Origin: Podarcis liolepis
Lineage: Eukaryota
DNA length: 64,000 nucleotides
Reading direction: 5' to 3' (one strand)
NCBI GenBank assembly: GCA_965112155.1
Contig: OZ218099.1
Positions within the stretch are counted from its first letter, which is position 1; each line of letters begins with the position of its first letter. Below are positions 12,384 through 25,583 of the stretch, one piece after another. A model generated the notes under the pieces. That model saw only the letters and a program-made list of their open reading frames with translations. It was not told the DNA's origin and searched no databases. The position numbers and the translations under genes were made by a program.

Positions 12384-12613
12384 GCCCTTACTCACATGTT
12401 GCACCAAACACAGGTTACAAACTGCCTCTGCAGATGTACAAATGTTTGTGTGAATGAGTGTGCATTTGTTGATTTGTACAGTTCAGCTATTGCGGACACA
12501 GGTACATTTGTTGAACCTTACATGTGACTAACTGCTCGACTATTTTCATAAACAGACATTGGACATGTGTACACAGATTGTAAACTCATGGAACATAAGG
12601 TGTGAACATAGCC
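12384..12613 (+). mobile_element. Harbinger-like MITE
   Basis: Ends GTGTGAACATAGCCC with a degenerate left TIR; homologous to 9706-9885. Confidence 0.6.
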
Positions 12614-15600
12614 CAAAGACTGTCTAAATTTGCCACCATGGTAATGAATTGTCAAGGGCAAAAGACCATATTGAGGATGATCCATAGTTTAGTGGTAGAC
12701 AAAGGCTTTCTGTTTGGATTGAGTCCCTGGCACCTCTGGTTAAGAGTGTCACAAAACAGACAGAGGTAAAGACCTCTACCAGAGAGTCCAGATAAAGCAG
12801 AGATGTTTTGCCAGTCAGAGGTCACAATATTGGGCTATAACAGGGGTGAGAAAGCTTTCAGACCAAGTGCATATTCCCTTCTGGGCAACCTTCTGGAAGC
12901 CACATGTTGGCCTAGACAGGCCATTGGCCTGCTCCAGTGACCTTCTCTTATGTTCCTCTTTTTCCAGCTAAGAAATTCAAGGAGGATCCAAAACATGTCA
13001 GGAAGGGGGAATGGCCTAGGGAGAACCCCAGTGGTCAGACAGAGCAACCTGGAGGGCCAGGTTGACCCTCAGACCTGAGGTTCCCTGTCACTAAATCAGA
13101 TGGACAAAAAGTATCATTATATATAAGGTAGTTTGCTACAGTAATCTCTTTGTGCAACACTGATTTTGTAAGCAGGGGTGTTTGGGAAGCGTGCTGGGGA
13201 AAACGCATCCATTTCATTTAGCAACAGATTGTTTGCTAATTCACAGAATGCAAGTACAGATGCTACCCTTGGCTTCCCACCAAAGTCTTGTACTCCATGT
13301 TCTGTTGAAAAGGACCAAGACTGAACACAATTGCTGTCAAAAGAAATACTGTGTTCCAAGTCTTCTGTTCCATCTTTATTTTCCAAAAATTGTTCTCGTT
13401 TTTTATGGTAATGTATAGCTCCCAAAACAAAGAATGTGTACATTGCCCAACTGTTCACAGTATCATATAGCAATGCTAAAAACTACTGGTAAATGTGTGT
13501 AGCATTGCTTTAAAAAAAAACCTAAACAATCAGCCACACAGTTATTTTATACCTTAAAAACAATAAAATGTAGCATACATCCATATTATGCAGTACTTAT
13601 TAATTACAAGCACTATTTTAATTAGCCCTATTAGAGCCCCTCTTGATAGAGGGAGGCCCAGAGTTACATATGCTAGCTCAGGAGTCAGCAAACTTTTTTC
13701 ACCACTGACCTTCAGACCTTATGGGGGGCTGGACTGTATTTTGAGGGGGGAAATGAACATGTTGCAGAAGGGAACAGTTTCAATTTCTCAGTTACATAGG
13801 GAGTTGACTAAGGCTGCACTGAGGGTTCATTGCATTAGTTTTCCTGGTTACAGTGCAGCACTTCCGTCCCAATTGCTGGCATTCCTGTTACACTGCAGTA
13901 CGTGCTGCACTATGGTGCTGTGACTTTTTGATCAATGCACCACCATGTTGTAATAAATTTCATTCCCATTTGTGGTGTTGCCATGCCACAACCACAAATA
14001 CTGTAGAAAACCTACAGTGATATTCTGGGTATCCACAGTAGCAGTTAGCTTTTCTTCTGGAAACAATTAACATGGAAATGTGCTAAACTACCACTAGATT
14101 TCCAGAAGTGACTTTTATGTGGTGGGAAAGATGATGTAAAACACAAAAATTAATAGTTAAGGAAATGACAGGAAGATGGAATCGCGTGCCATCTGATGCT
14201 ATGTTGGTTATAAATGTGAATATTTTTGGTCAGACATAGGTTGACCTTATCAGTTCAGGATTTATTCAATAAAATTTATATACCATTTGATAGATAGCAG
14301 CCTTGTATCCATCATCCAGGAATTCTATGAAAACTGCCTCCATAAAGCCTGATTTGAGGAGGAAATGGAACTCGTGTCTACTGTCTGCTCTTTCTCATCT
14401 CACCATCTAAGCCTCTTTGATCCAGCAGAACCCAGGCAGTTATAAGAGACCACACAGGGTTTTTCCACTGACATTTTATTTTATATTATATTTTAACATT
14501 CTGTAGCAATTCAGTGCCTGTGTCTATTGTGCAGTCATCCAGAATTTATTATCACGGAGGAAAAAAGAGGCATAAATAAATAAAAATAGTCCTTCCAGGG
14601 TTTCACCTCTGTGGATTAACATTTATGTGCCAGCCTTATTTGCACACTGTACCTAAGGAATAAAAATAAGTAAATCAATGGCAAAGTACAGAATGTTTAG
14701 TACTTTTGTAAGCTTTGCAAGCCGCATACTAGGACAGCGATGTTTAAATCAATCCAGCATTTTATTGACACTGCTGAGATTCTCACCAAAGAGAAACATA
14801 AAAGAACTCTATGATTTGCCACCCAATCACAATAGAACAACAGCAACAAAGCACAAAGCACCAACTGTATCTTATTGGCAGGAAAGTGTCAGATTCATCT
14901 CTAGCACAATTTTCTAGAGCATCCATTGGGCTCTAATAAACATGAGTTTAGTGTTCGACAAGCTTTGAATGGCTATCTGGACAAGGTCAGGTCATGTTAG
15001 ATTCTTTAAAATGGAAGCTACATCCAAAATTGTTGACTGGGGGAGTCAAGATGCCTTTTCTTTCAAACTTGGGTGTGAGCATGGGGGTGCAGGAGACACC
15101 CCTCAATCTGAATGACTGATCTGGCATGTTTCACTCCAGTTACCGAGATAAGATCATGCAAAAACTGACCTCCAAACTTGGGATAAACTTCACCAAACTG
15201 GGCTGAACTTTTCAGTGATTCCAAGTTCATTTTTCCATTTCATTTATCAGTGTCAACACAACCTGAATCCCTTCCAAGTCAAGAGATGAGGGTGAAATGT
15301 GGACTGATGTTAGCCAGCTGCTCCTAGAGTCTAATTTCCAACTTGGCTGCTAAGTTTAATGTGTGGTTATGAGCAAACAACTTTTAACTCTTTGTGGGGT
15401 ATCAGGCCCCACAGGAGACTGTATACCAAGGGTAGGAAGCTGTGGGCCAAACCCTTCACAAGCTCTGCTCTGTGCCCTGTTATTTCCCATCACTCAGATG
15501 TGATCTTGGACTGTCATGCCTCTTGCTTATCTGGCTAGAGTATGGAAGGGGTGGTGTTGGGAAGGCTGGAATGTAACCTCCTGAAGAAAGGTGAAAGGTG

Positions 15601-15983
15601 CATCCTTTGCACTTTCTACTTTTGCCCCATTCACCCCTAGGGAAAGAACACTCTGTCAATGTCAGTTCTCTTAAGTTTCTACCCACCCCCACCCCCCGCA
15701 TCTAAATCCTCACAAAACACTCAAGCATTTTAGTTGACAGGAACAGTGTTCAGGGATAATGGGAGTTGTAGTCCAAAAACATATGGTGACCCAAGGCTGA
15801 GAAAGGCTGCAATGATGCTGGGATTTATGTAACAAGAAACAAAAAAAGGGTGATGCCAGATTCCTATAGGTGTCTAGTTGGTCACTGTGAAAACAGGATG
15901 CTAGACTAGATGGTCTGATCCAGCAGCGTCTACTTTGTTCTTGTGTTCTAATGTATTCATTTTATGCATACTTTTATATAATA

Positions 15984-16209
15984 CAGTGGTACCATGGGTT
16001 ACATACGCTTCAGGTTACAGACTCTGCTAACCCAGAAATAGTGCTTCAGGTTAAGAACTTTGCTTCAGGATAAGAACAGAAATCGTGCTCCTGCAGCGCG
16101 GCGGCAGCAGGAGGCCCCATTAGCTAAAGTGGCACTTCAGGTTAAGAACAGTTTCAGGTTAAGAACAGACCTCCAGAACGAATTACGTACTTAACCCGAG
16201 GTACCACTG
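15984..16209 (-). mobile_element. Tigger-like MITE family A, 226 bp
   Basis: TIRs CAGTGGTACC, TA TSD; lacks one 16-bp subterminal repeat present in the 242-bp copies. Confidence 0.92.
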
Positions 16210-17041
16210 TAAATGCCTTTTTGTAAACATTGTTCAATTGGAGAACTGCACTGCAAAATTCAGATTGTCTGAATTTCAAAGGGCGGTTGTGTTTTGGTTT
16301 TCCTATTGTTTCAAAAAGTGAAGATTTGATACATTCGACTTTAAATGTGAACTGAATTGAATTCCTCCTCCATTCCTCCACATCACCAGCATATGGCCCC
16401 CTATAGATTGCTCAGGAGGCAAGGTGGCCCTCAGGCTGAAGAAAGGTTCTCTATCCCTACTGCATACAGTTCACCAGTGATTCTCAGCTCTTCTCCCTCA
16501 CACCCAGCAGTGACCATAACATTGCTTTATCTCAAGAAGAAGGTTATAGCAGTTACAAAACAGCCTTAAATAAACAAAAACATCACAACTTCATAGTTCA
16601 TATGCCTTGCAGCTCAGGTTACCGAGGGAATCTGAATGCAGTCAGGGACAAGTGCTGGGAAAGATTTTATAGCAAAACCTGGTTTCATGGAGTGCTTCTG
16701 AATCTAGGGCCAGGGAAGATAGCTTGGCTTTGCATATAAAGGAAAAGACTGTCTCAACAGTTCAGATCCATGTGTGTGGCGGGCAGGGGGTGGTTATATT
16801 CACAGCAAGATGTATCTTTGAAGTTTCTACCACAGCAGCTGACACAGATGAACTAGCTACTTGATTTTAAACTAAAAACTGGAAACTTCAAAGAGAGGCT
16901 GGCTGTCTTCAGGGTTCTCAGCTCCACGTGTTCAGAGTTTTGTGGAGTTGCAACCCATGCTCCGAGGTGTCTTTTTCAACACATAGACTTTAGTTTCCAC
17001 TCTCTGTATGTGTCCTGGATTCTCACCTTCAGTCTGCATCA

Positions 17042-17046
17042 ATGCG

Positions 17047-17077
<31 letters not shown>

Positions 17078-17081
17078 ATAC
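17042..17081. repeat. (GC)6(AC)n alternating purine-pyrimidine tract
   Basis: Seen directly; potential Z-DNA former. Confidence 0.95.
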
Positions 17082-18017
17082 TGTGAATTATTCATACACT
17101 GATGAGAGACTTGTGACAATGAGAATTGCCTCACCAAGGACAATGCTGTCTTAAGAGACAAGTGGAAATGAATATTGACACCTAAACTTCTAGGAAATAG
17201 GTATAGACCATTTTGTGCTGCTTTGCAAAATTTATAAAATGGCCCTGTTTTATTTCTGGATGCTGTCTACAATGTATTATTTCCATAATATTTTACTAGC
17301 CTGAATTACAAACAGTGACAGTCACACTGAATAGGGCACATACAAAATGCTTCATAACAAACTGGCAGTATATATAGAGGAAAAGAGACACAAATCAAAG
17401 TCTGAATTGTATAAGAACTCTGCCTCCCCTGATTATCACAGTATGGTATTCAAGAATCAAGAAGTAGGTGCATTTTGTTTCCTTCTTCCTAACAGTGCCA
17501 AAATCTTGTGAAAATATCAATTAGATTAGTAGCATGTAATTTCACCTTCCTTAATGTGCCTACAGGTGCTTCTCAAAATACACCTGATTTAACTGTAGTC
17601 ATATTGCAAAAGGTATTTATTTATTTATTCACAACTTCCTAGGCATGAATATCTGAATGTACATTCAATATGTATGCAGTGCAGACAGGCAGCATTCACA
17701 TTCAGTTGCACATTTGGATATGGATATCAGATTTATGGCCCCTCCCCTAATTCATCAAGTGATATCCACATGGAAGCCTGCTTAAGCGTGCATATGATAT
17801 CCCCTTCAGTTGTGGCAACCTCCTGACATGTACATTTCTCCTTCACATTCTGCTTGGTGGATGTTCAAGGTTCTAAATCAGAAGATCGGTCACTTTGTGT
17901 TTCACATGGCCACAGTATCAGTCACTGCTAATCCAGAGAGAGTAGCATATTCACCATAGCGTGAAAACTGAATGGTAGCTCTTCTTAGGAAGCTCATACT
18001 GTTGGTCCATCTAGCTT

Positions 18018-18369
18018 AAGGTAAAGGTAAAGGGACCCCTGACTGTTAGGTCCAGTCATGGACCACTCTGGGGTTGTGGCGCTCATCTCGCTTTACTGGC
18101 CGAGGGAGCCGGCGTACAGCTTCCAGGTCATATGGCCAGCATGACTAATTCGCTTCTGGCGAACCAGAGCAGCACACGGAAATGCTGTTTAGCTTCCCGC
18201 CGGAGCGGTACCTATTTATCTACTTGCATTTCATGCTTTTGAACTGCTAGGTTGGCAGGAGCAGGGACCAAGCAACAGGAGCTCACCCCATCGCGGGGAT
18301 TCGAACCGCTGACCTTCTGATCAGCAAGCCCTAGGCTCTGTGGTTTAACCCACAGCACCACCCGCACCC
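18018..18369 (-). mobile_element. Sauria (Squam1) SINE, full length
   Basis: Reverse complement of 7444-7796 with (ACCTTT)n tail; flanking CCATCTAG at 18007-18014 and 18371-18378. Confidence 0.95.
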
Positions 18370-18424
18370 CCCATCTAGAACTGGTGGCAGTCCTCCAAGG
18401 TTTCAGACAGACGCTCTCCCCAGC

Positions 18425-18789
18425 CAGGGGCGATGGAAGGGGTGGGGTAGGGGCGGGCTGCCCCAGGTGTCACCACTGAGGGGGGTGACAAAATGCCAGG
18501 TGGCACTCACCACGGGGCCTGCAGGGCACCTGAGTCACGCATCTCTCCTGGGAGTGACACGGTGGCTTGGGCTCCCACAGGCTCTGCTCTGCCCCAAACA
18601 GTCTGCCTGCCACCTGCCCCTCAGCTGTAGGGCAGCTGAGTGGGAGGAGGTACGCACTCCTTGGAGTCCCCACGGAGCATCCTGCCCCAGCTCACCCCAC
18701 CCTGCCGGCAGCTGGCTCCACCCCCGTGGGTTGCTGGCCGCAGGGCACACGTGCCACCCCAGGTGCCCAAACAGCTTGCTCCTCTGCTG
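18425..18789. mobile_element. GC-rich non-autonomous hAT element
   Basis: CAG...CTG termini; perfect 8-bp TSD TCCCCAGC at 18417-18424 and 18790-18797. Confidence 0.85.
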
Positions 18790-19099
18790 TCCCCAGCCTT
18801 ACGTTGGGACACCAGGGGTGGAACCTGGGACTTTGTGCATCCAAAGTACATGCTCAACCACTGCACTACCATCCTTCTCCAAAAAATGTTGTGAAGGAAA
18901 GCACCTGCTTCTAGAAGGTCCCATGTATAGGTCTAACTTTATACAGTTAAGTGTTCTTCGATGGATATATCCATACACAGGCAGGTCACTTTGTATCCCA
19001 GGCCTCTCTTTAGAAAACATGCTTGCCTCCTGCCTCCCCCCTCTTTTTTTGTTGTTCCACCCCAATATGAACATGCTAAAGTATTGAATATCCAAACTA

Positions 19100-19465
19100 A
19101 AGGTAAAGGTAAAGGGACCCCTGACCGTTAGGTCCAGTCACGGACGACTCTGGGATTGCGATGCTCATCTCGCTTTATTGGCCGAGGGAGCCGGTGTACA
19201 GCTTCCGGGTCATGTGGCCAGCATGACTAAGCTGCTTCTGGCGAACCAGAGCGGCGCACAGAAATGCCGTTTACCTTCCCACTGGAGCAGTACCTATTTA
19301 TCTACTTGCACTTTGACGTGCTTTTGAACTGCTAGGTTGACAGGAGCAGGGACCGAACAACGGGAGCTCACCCCGTCACTGGGATTCGAACTGCCGACCT
19401 TCTGATCGGCAAGTCCTAGGCTCTTAACCCACCCTAGGTTTAACCCACAACGCCACCCGCATCCC
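19100..19465 (-). mobile_element. Sauria (Squam1) SINE, full length
   Basis: Same family; 13-bp TSD AATATCCAAACTA at 19087-19099 and 19467-19479. Confidence 0.95.
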
Positions 19466-20221
19466 AAATATCCAAACTATGAGGCGGTAAAAAAACAGGA
19501 CAAGAAGGAACACCTTGCTTGAGAGCAAGCATTCGTTTGAGGAAAGCCCCATAACTGTTAGCAAAGGCAAAATATGAGCTACTGTATGGATAAAAAGGCT
19601 GTATTTCTGCTGTGCAGCCAAGGACTAAAAGCAGCCAGGTTTTTTTTCCCCTATAAGCAAAAACGGCAGCATACATCACAACATGACGAACACCAGATGA
19701 CACATTAACCCACTTCTTGGTGTCATAAAAACTTTAATAATTTCCATTTCTCATATTTTATAGAAGCATCATATACACAATATTGCATAAAGATTTAATT
19801 ACAATTGGCTAATGAAACCATTTCGAGTTAATAAAAATCCAGGGCGAGTGCATGTAAACTCAACAAGGAACAATTTTGCATATAAATGAAATGCAAAGAC
19901 AATGCATATACTCTAGGTAAAATGCTGAATGCCTTTTAAACCAAATTCATGCTGTTAATTAACTCCTACTCAAACAATTATTAAACTGTCTTTCTAAAAT
20001 CCTCGCTCAGAGGTTGCAGAACAAATGGTTTTTGAGTTACAGATCCTGCAGGCAGCTGTTTTATTCCAACTTTTTTTTTTTAGTGTTGTGTTGGTATTTC
20101 TAAATAAGCAACATTTTGAAAGCAGATGCTGATGCATTACCTTTATTTTATTTTTAAGCAGTAATTGCATCCCAAACTTCCTCTACATGCTTGGTTATTT
20201 TATCTCTAACAATACGTTACA

Positions 20222-20615
20222 CCAAGAATCCCCTGGGATTCTTTTCTTTTTTAATGGATAGTTTCCAGTCCTCCAGTATGGAGGCTGATCTGAGGGGAAA
20301 GTTACATACTTTTGTTAGAAGATCAGCATTTCCATGTTTAAGAACGCAGGTGGATGCCATCCAGACTCGGTGATTCAACATTTTTTATCTTGTATTAGGC
20401 CTAGAACTTTGTCACTCATCACCCCCCACTCCCTTCCAGCAAAAGTTAGTTCTGGCACTAAGATCTGCCCTATATCTTCTGTTGTAAAGACAGGTGCAAA
20501 TAATTCATCCAGCTTCTCCACAATCTCCTTATCCTCCTTTAGCACACCTTTCTTTCCCTCATCATCCAAGGGTCCAACCACCTCCCTAGGTAGTCTCCTG
20601 CTACTTATCCTGCAA
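20222..20615 (-). mobile_element. CR1 LINE ORF2 internal fragment (linker/RT N-terminus), frameshifted
   Basis: REVVGPLDDEGKKGVLKEDKEIVEKLDELFAPVFT, then remnants of the PGPDGIHPRVLK and PEDWK motifs. Confidence 0.85.
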
Positions 20616-21262
20616 TACTGTAAAGCATCAAACATTCCAAAACTTGAGTAATTGCTGGTGCTGGAATTGTTTTATTTTACAAAACTTTCTACTTATTTTC
20701 ACATAGACTGCAAATTTAAATCAAATTTGCACATGGTCCCAGTCTGAAAGTTTGTTAGGCCTGAATTTTCACTCAAATGTCCAGCTAAATATTCATCTTC
20801 TACTTCCAGTATCTAAAACCCTTTTTAAACCCAGAACCATGAAGGAATCTGGTGGTGTTTCGGGTGCAACACTGCAATTTTGCCATCATGCTCTGTGTGT
20901 GGTGAAATGAAAGCTGAGTGTGAACTGAAGTCACTGTGACATTTTAAAATCAATGTATTCAAGATCATGCTACAAGGCTGATTTTTACTAAAAGGAAATT
21001 ATGCTTTAAGCTTTGATCCTAGGATGCATATTTTAACATTGGTTGATTATTGATTATTTAATTTCTATACTGCTTAATATATTTAAAATATCTCTAAGTG
21101 GTGCACAAAAAACTGAAGCAAAAAACCTAAATATTATAAAAAAATACATGGTCACATATTAAAATGTTACATTAACACAAAGTTACTAATATAGAAAAAT
21201 CAACATCAATTCATTTTCCTGTTCATACACACACCCTCTCAACTGCCAGGTTCTCACCAAGG

Positions 21263-21417
21263 CATAGCTGTCAACCTTCCCTTTTTTTGTGGGAAATTCC
21301 CTTATTCCAGCGCAGCTTCCTGCTGCTATCCCGGATTGTTAGATATCCCGTAGACTGTCCCCGGGACAGGTGAGGCTGCTGATCCCTTATTTTCAAATCT
21401 GAAAGTTGACAGCTATG
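21263..21417. mobile_element. hAT MITE, 155 bp
   Basis: Perfect 13-bp TIR CATAGCTGTCAAC; perfect 8-bp TSD CACCAAGG at 21255-21262 and 21418-21425. Confidence 0.93.
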
Positions 21418-22781
21418 CACCAAGGGTCCAACCGAACTCTCAGCTCACCCACAAAAATCTCACAATGAGAAAAGTTCCTGGAATCAGCAGACATCACCCT
21501 AGTCTCTCGCTCTAGATTTGCTTTTTATGGAACCATGTTGTAATGCTGCTGCGACTTTCTGGTTGCCTACTTGATCTGAGAGTTCACATTCCCCGAGACT
21601 TAAGAGAAATAGAAGGGATGAAAATTTACCAGGAAGTTGGTTCCTGGGAAATGTGATGCCACCACAAAGGGAGCTAGGGTGCCCTTTTTCTTACTGGTTG
21701 AGGGAGTCCATTGATCTCATCCCAGAGGTCCACAAGCATCTACATCTGACATCAACAACCTCTGTTAATTCCTGTTCATTCACTTGACTTGCTTGGAGAT
21801 TGTTGACAATTCTATTCCCTTTGATCGTCTCAGCAATTCCACCTATAAAACTGATCTGCAGAACTCTTACCCTGGTGTAAACTGCTGTGAGAACTCTGGC
21901 CCTAAATTCTATATGACTCTATAATAATCGAATCTGTGTAGGCAACCTTTTGAACCTAGAGAGTCCTTTCAGAAATATGTTATGAGAATGGCCTTTACAT
22001 TCTTAAAATATGAAAAAAAAAACCAAAATATTTTGCCCTGTCTAGCAAACATTTTAAACACAAGTTTAAATCATGAGGTTTGATTAATGAATTGAAATGG
22101 CTTATGAAATGATTGATTTATGAAGCTATGTTTATTTCCCCCATAAGTGTGAGGACTATATTCATCCAAACCTGGTATTCTCAGGAGTCTAAGTAAAGCT
22201 GTTTGAACCATACATTGCCCTTCAGGAACTAGAATGTTTAAATAACAATAACATTCATTCTGGGACAAGCTGTTATATTTTTACTCTGATTACTGGAGGA
22301 TTAAATTTGTCGTTATTTTTCAAAATACTGAATTGTGGGTGGACATTAACATGGGACAGTCAAGTGAAGGAACAACCAAAATATATTCAGAAGCAAAAGT
22401 GCAGAGCTCCAACTATGCAAGGCTTTGATAACTCATCTGGATGAAATATGACCTTGCGGGAATAACTTTAATGGAGGTTAGGCAAGCAGAGACAACAGAA
22501 AGAACAGACTTAATGAGTCTGGGAATAGAAGGAAAATAAGGTGATTACCATTCTGTAACAAAGGAGGTTGACTGTAGCCTCCCAAGAATCCCATTATATC
22601 CCGTGTACACATTTACATCTTCATAGAATAAATGAAACTTTTACAGGAAGCGCATGTATCTTTCACCTTTCTAGCATCTCCTAGTTCTCAAATGCACATC
22701 CCAAGTCTATACTAAAAATGTGTAGTATCTTCCAGAAGCAAAAGACTTCTGTAACTTCCATGCTTTTAAAGCATTACCAAC

Positions 22782-23286
22782 ACAATGACAAACCTAGACA
22801 GCATCTTAAAAAGCAGAGACATCACCTTGCCAACAAAGGTCTGTATAGTTAAAGCTATGGTTTTCCCAGTAGTGATGTATGGAAGTGAGAGCTGGACCAT
22901 AAAGAAGGCTGATCGCCGAAGAATTGATGCTTTTGAATTATGGTGCTGGAGGAGACTCTTGAGAGTCCCATGGACTGCAAGAAGATCAGACCTCTCCATT
23001 CTGAAGGAAATCAGCCCTGAGCGCTCACTGGAAGGACAGATCGTGAAGCTGAGGCTCCAATACTTTGGCCACCTCATGAGAAGACTCCCTAGAAAAGACA
23101 CTGAGGTTGGGAAGGATGGAGGGCACAAAGAGAAGGGGACGACAGATGATGAGATGGTTGGACAGTGTTCTCGAAGCTACCAACATGAGTTTGACCAAAC
23201 TGCAGGAGGCAGTGGAAGACAGGAGTGCCTGGCGTGCTCTGGTCCATGGGGTCACGAAGAGTCGGACACGACTAAACAACAACAAC
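22782..23286 (+). mobile_element. Bov-B (RTE) LINE, 5'-truncated
   Basis: MTNLDSILKSRDITLPTKV...ESWTIKKADRRRIDAFELWCWRRLLRVPWTARR; (CAA)n tail; TSD CAACACAATGA at 22778-22788 and 23283-23293. Confidence 0.97.
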
Positions 23287-25322
23287 ACAATGATGGAGGT
23301 TTCTCATTACTGCATGTATACAGTTACTGTGGCTTCTGTGTTTAGACCTGGTATTTTTTACTAGACTACTTCTCACATACATGTTTTACCACCTATCACA
23401 AGCCTCACTTGGTCCCTAGACATGTTTAATGCAAGAGTGGGGAACCTGTGGCACAGCTGTTGCTAGACCACAGCTCCTTATCACCCCTGAACACTGCACC
23501 ATGCTTCTTGGGCATGATGGGAATTGTAGTCCAACAACAGCTGGAACCAAAAACTGGGAACTCAACCATAGTTCCCCTCCCTCTGCATTTCCTCTTGAGA
23601 GTTATGAAACACCATCGTCCCATCATTCCTTTGGGGACTTGGTATGCTGCTTTCAAAAACCATTATGGCAAAGAGCCCCATGTGCTAGCTGCTCCAAATT
23701 GTGGGCAACTGGATCATAGAGGCCAACGAGACTTACTCCCAGGCAAGCAGGGACAGGATTCTCTCATATTATAAGTGCATAAGCACCTTGCATATTTATA
23801 TTGACAGGCATGCTGCCTATTCTCATGATAAGTTATCATTTGGACTACAGCAGTGGTTCAGGGCAAATTATAATTTGAACAGCATCTTGTTTGGAAAGTG
23901 CAGGAAGCAAACTATCATGAGAAACTGTAAGAAGAGCAATGCTACTGTCACATTTCAATGTAGCACAAAAGGAGTATAATAAACTACAGTAATACATACC
24001 ATTAGTGCAAGAATATTACTACCATAAGAATACAGATTACCAGCTATCAATCTGGAGAGGGTTTCTAAACCCTCGGGAAGGTTTTAAATTAAAACCCTAA
24101 AGCTGCAGGTTTCAGTGAGATGGGTGCTTTTCACAGTAGCTCTCAGCAGGATTTCGCTCTGCAATGACATGTACCATCCATTAAGATTTCTGAAACTGTC
24201 AATGCTCAGTTAGGAAACTGGGACAATGCGTAAAAACAAATCAAGTCCAGGGATAATTAGCAGCACAGGCAAATCTTGAGCAAGAAAAGGAAACTCTTAA
24301 TTGAAAAAAGTAAATGGTGAGAGAGGACGTTTCTCCTTGTTTAATATTCTGAGGTAGTTCTGCATCATGCATTTCAGGAGCATATGGTGGTATGGCTCCT
24401 GCCAGCTCTTATTTTACATACAAGGCCTTATACCTGGGGAGGATTACTGTTTCATATATCAGAACACAGTGGCTAGGTGCAGAAATGTCAGCTGCAATGG
24501 TTCTGTCTAAATTACCAAGTCCCTTCTGGTACAATCTGTCCCTCTGAAGAGGTTCTACAGATTCAAAATGGGAAGATGCCAAATCAATGAACTACATAAT
24601 AATTCCATGGTGCTGACAGGTCCTACTTAAGGGAAACATGCTGCAAATATCACCATATTCTTCTTATTAATATTAATTACATTTGTGTTTTACCCTTCAC
24701 ATCAGAGGTTCTTAGGGATTTCTACCTATTACTTCAAGAATGGATATCAGCCCGAGTGTCTTGAGTGAAAGTGAGCTTTAAATCAGGAAAAACAAAAGGA
24801 CGTTGCAGGTTAGGCAAGTATGCATTTTGGTGCGTGAAATTTCCTGACAATAAAGCGATACATAAGTCTGTACATGACATTCCAAAACAGTTTCCAAATG
24901 AGAAGCTTAGAATGTTGGGTGAGGAGAAAAATGAATATTTGAATACTAACTGTGCCATCCTTTCACCTGCAAAAAAAAAGTGAGGAACATGAGAGGGAGG
25001 AATATGGCCTACTCTGTTGTGGCAGCCATATTACCGAATTATCTCCTAAGGAGGACCCTCCAGCTCCTGCTATTCTCTCTGATAAGTTCTCAGCTGCTGC
25101 TGAAGACTTTCCTTTGCAAGAAAGCCTTCCCTGAGCACTGATGTGCAGAATGGATTTATATTTTGCTGTTATTCAGTGGGAATATATCTTAAGACCTTGA
25201 AGGGGGGGAATTATGCTCATCCACTTGTGCAATGGTGCTTCTCCTTCCTCTTTTCCCCCATGCAGCCCTGGTCTGTAGCGGCCAGTGTAGTGGGATGCAG
25301 TCCTTAAGCCAGTCACCTGATA

Positions 25323-25583
25323 CAGTGGATGCTCAGGTTCCGAATGTGATCCATGCGGGAGGCACATTCACAACCCACAGTGTTCCCAACCTGCAGCGCC
25401 ATATCTGCACATGCGCGAGTCATGATTCGGCGCTTCTGCACATGCGCAAAGCATGATTTAGCGCTTCTAAACATGTGCGAGCACCAAAACCCGGAAGTAA
25501 CCCGTTCTGGTACTTCTGGGTTCGGCACAGTGCGCAACCCAAAAACACGCAACCTGAAACATCTGTAACCCAAGGTATGACTG
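25323..25583. mobile_element. Tigger-like MITE, family B
   Basis: TA-CAGT...ACTG-TA termini, imperfect TIRs (CAGTGGATGCTCAGGTT / AACCCAAGGTATGACTG), internal GCACATGCGC repeats. Confidence 0.8.

Larger units (their letters stand above)
17990..18880 (-). mobile_element. Old Squam3 SINE split into three pieces by two insertions
   Basis: Pieces TTGGTCCATCTAGCT (18002), GGCAGTCCTCCAAGGTTTCAGACAG..CTCTCCCCAGC (18386) and CCCCAGCC...GAACCTGGGAC...CCACTG (18791) are collinear with the Squam3 pattern. Confidence 0.75.

Noticed and set aside
18467-19087. Longest ORF in the window (206 aa)
   Set aside because: Runs through a GC-rich hAT element and a SINE fragment; stop-poor by composition; no recognisable domain.
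22785-23345. 186-188 aa RT-related ORFs (also 62194-62760) as active genes
   Set aside because: 5'-truncated, frameshifted Bov-B ends lacking the endonuclease and RT core.
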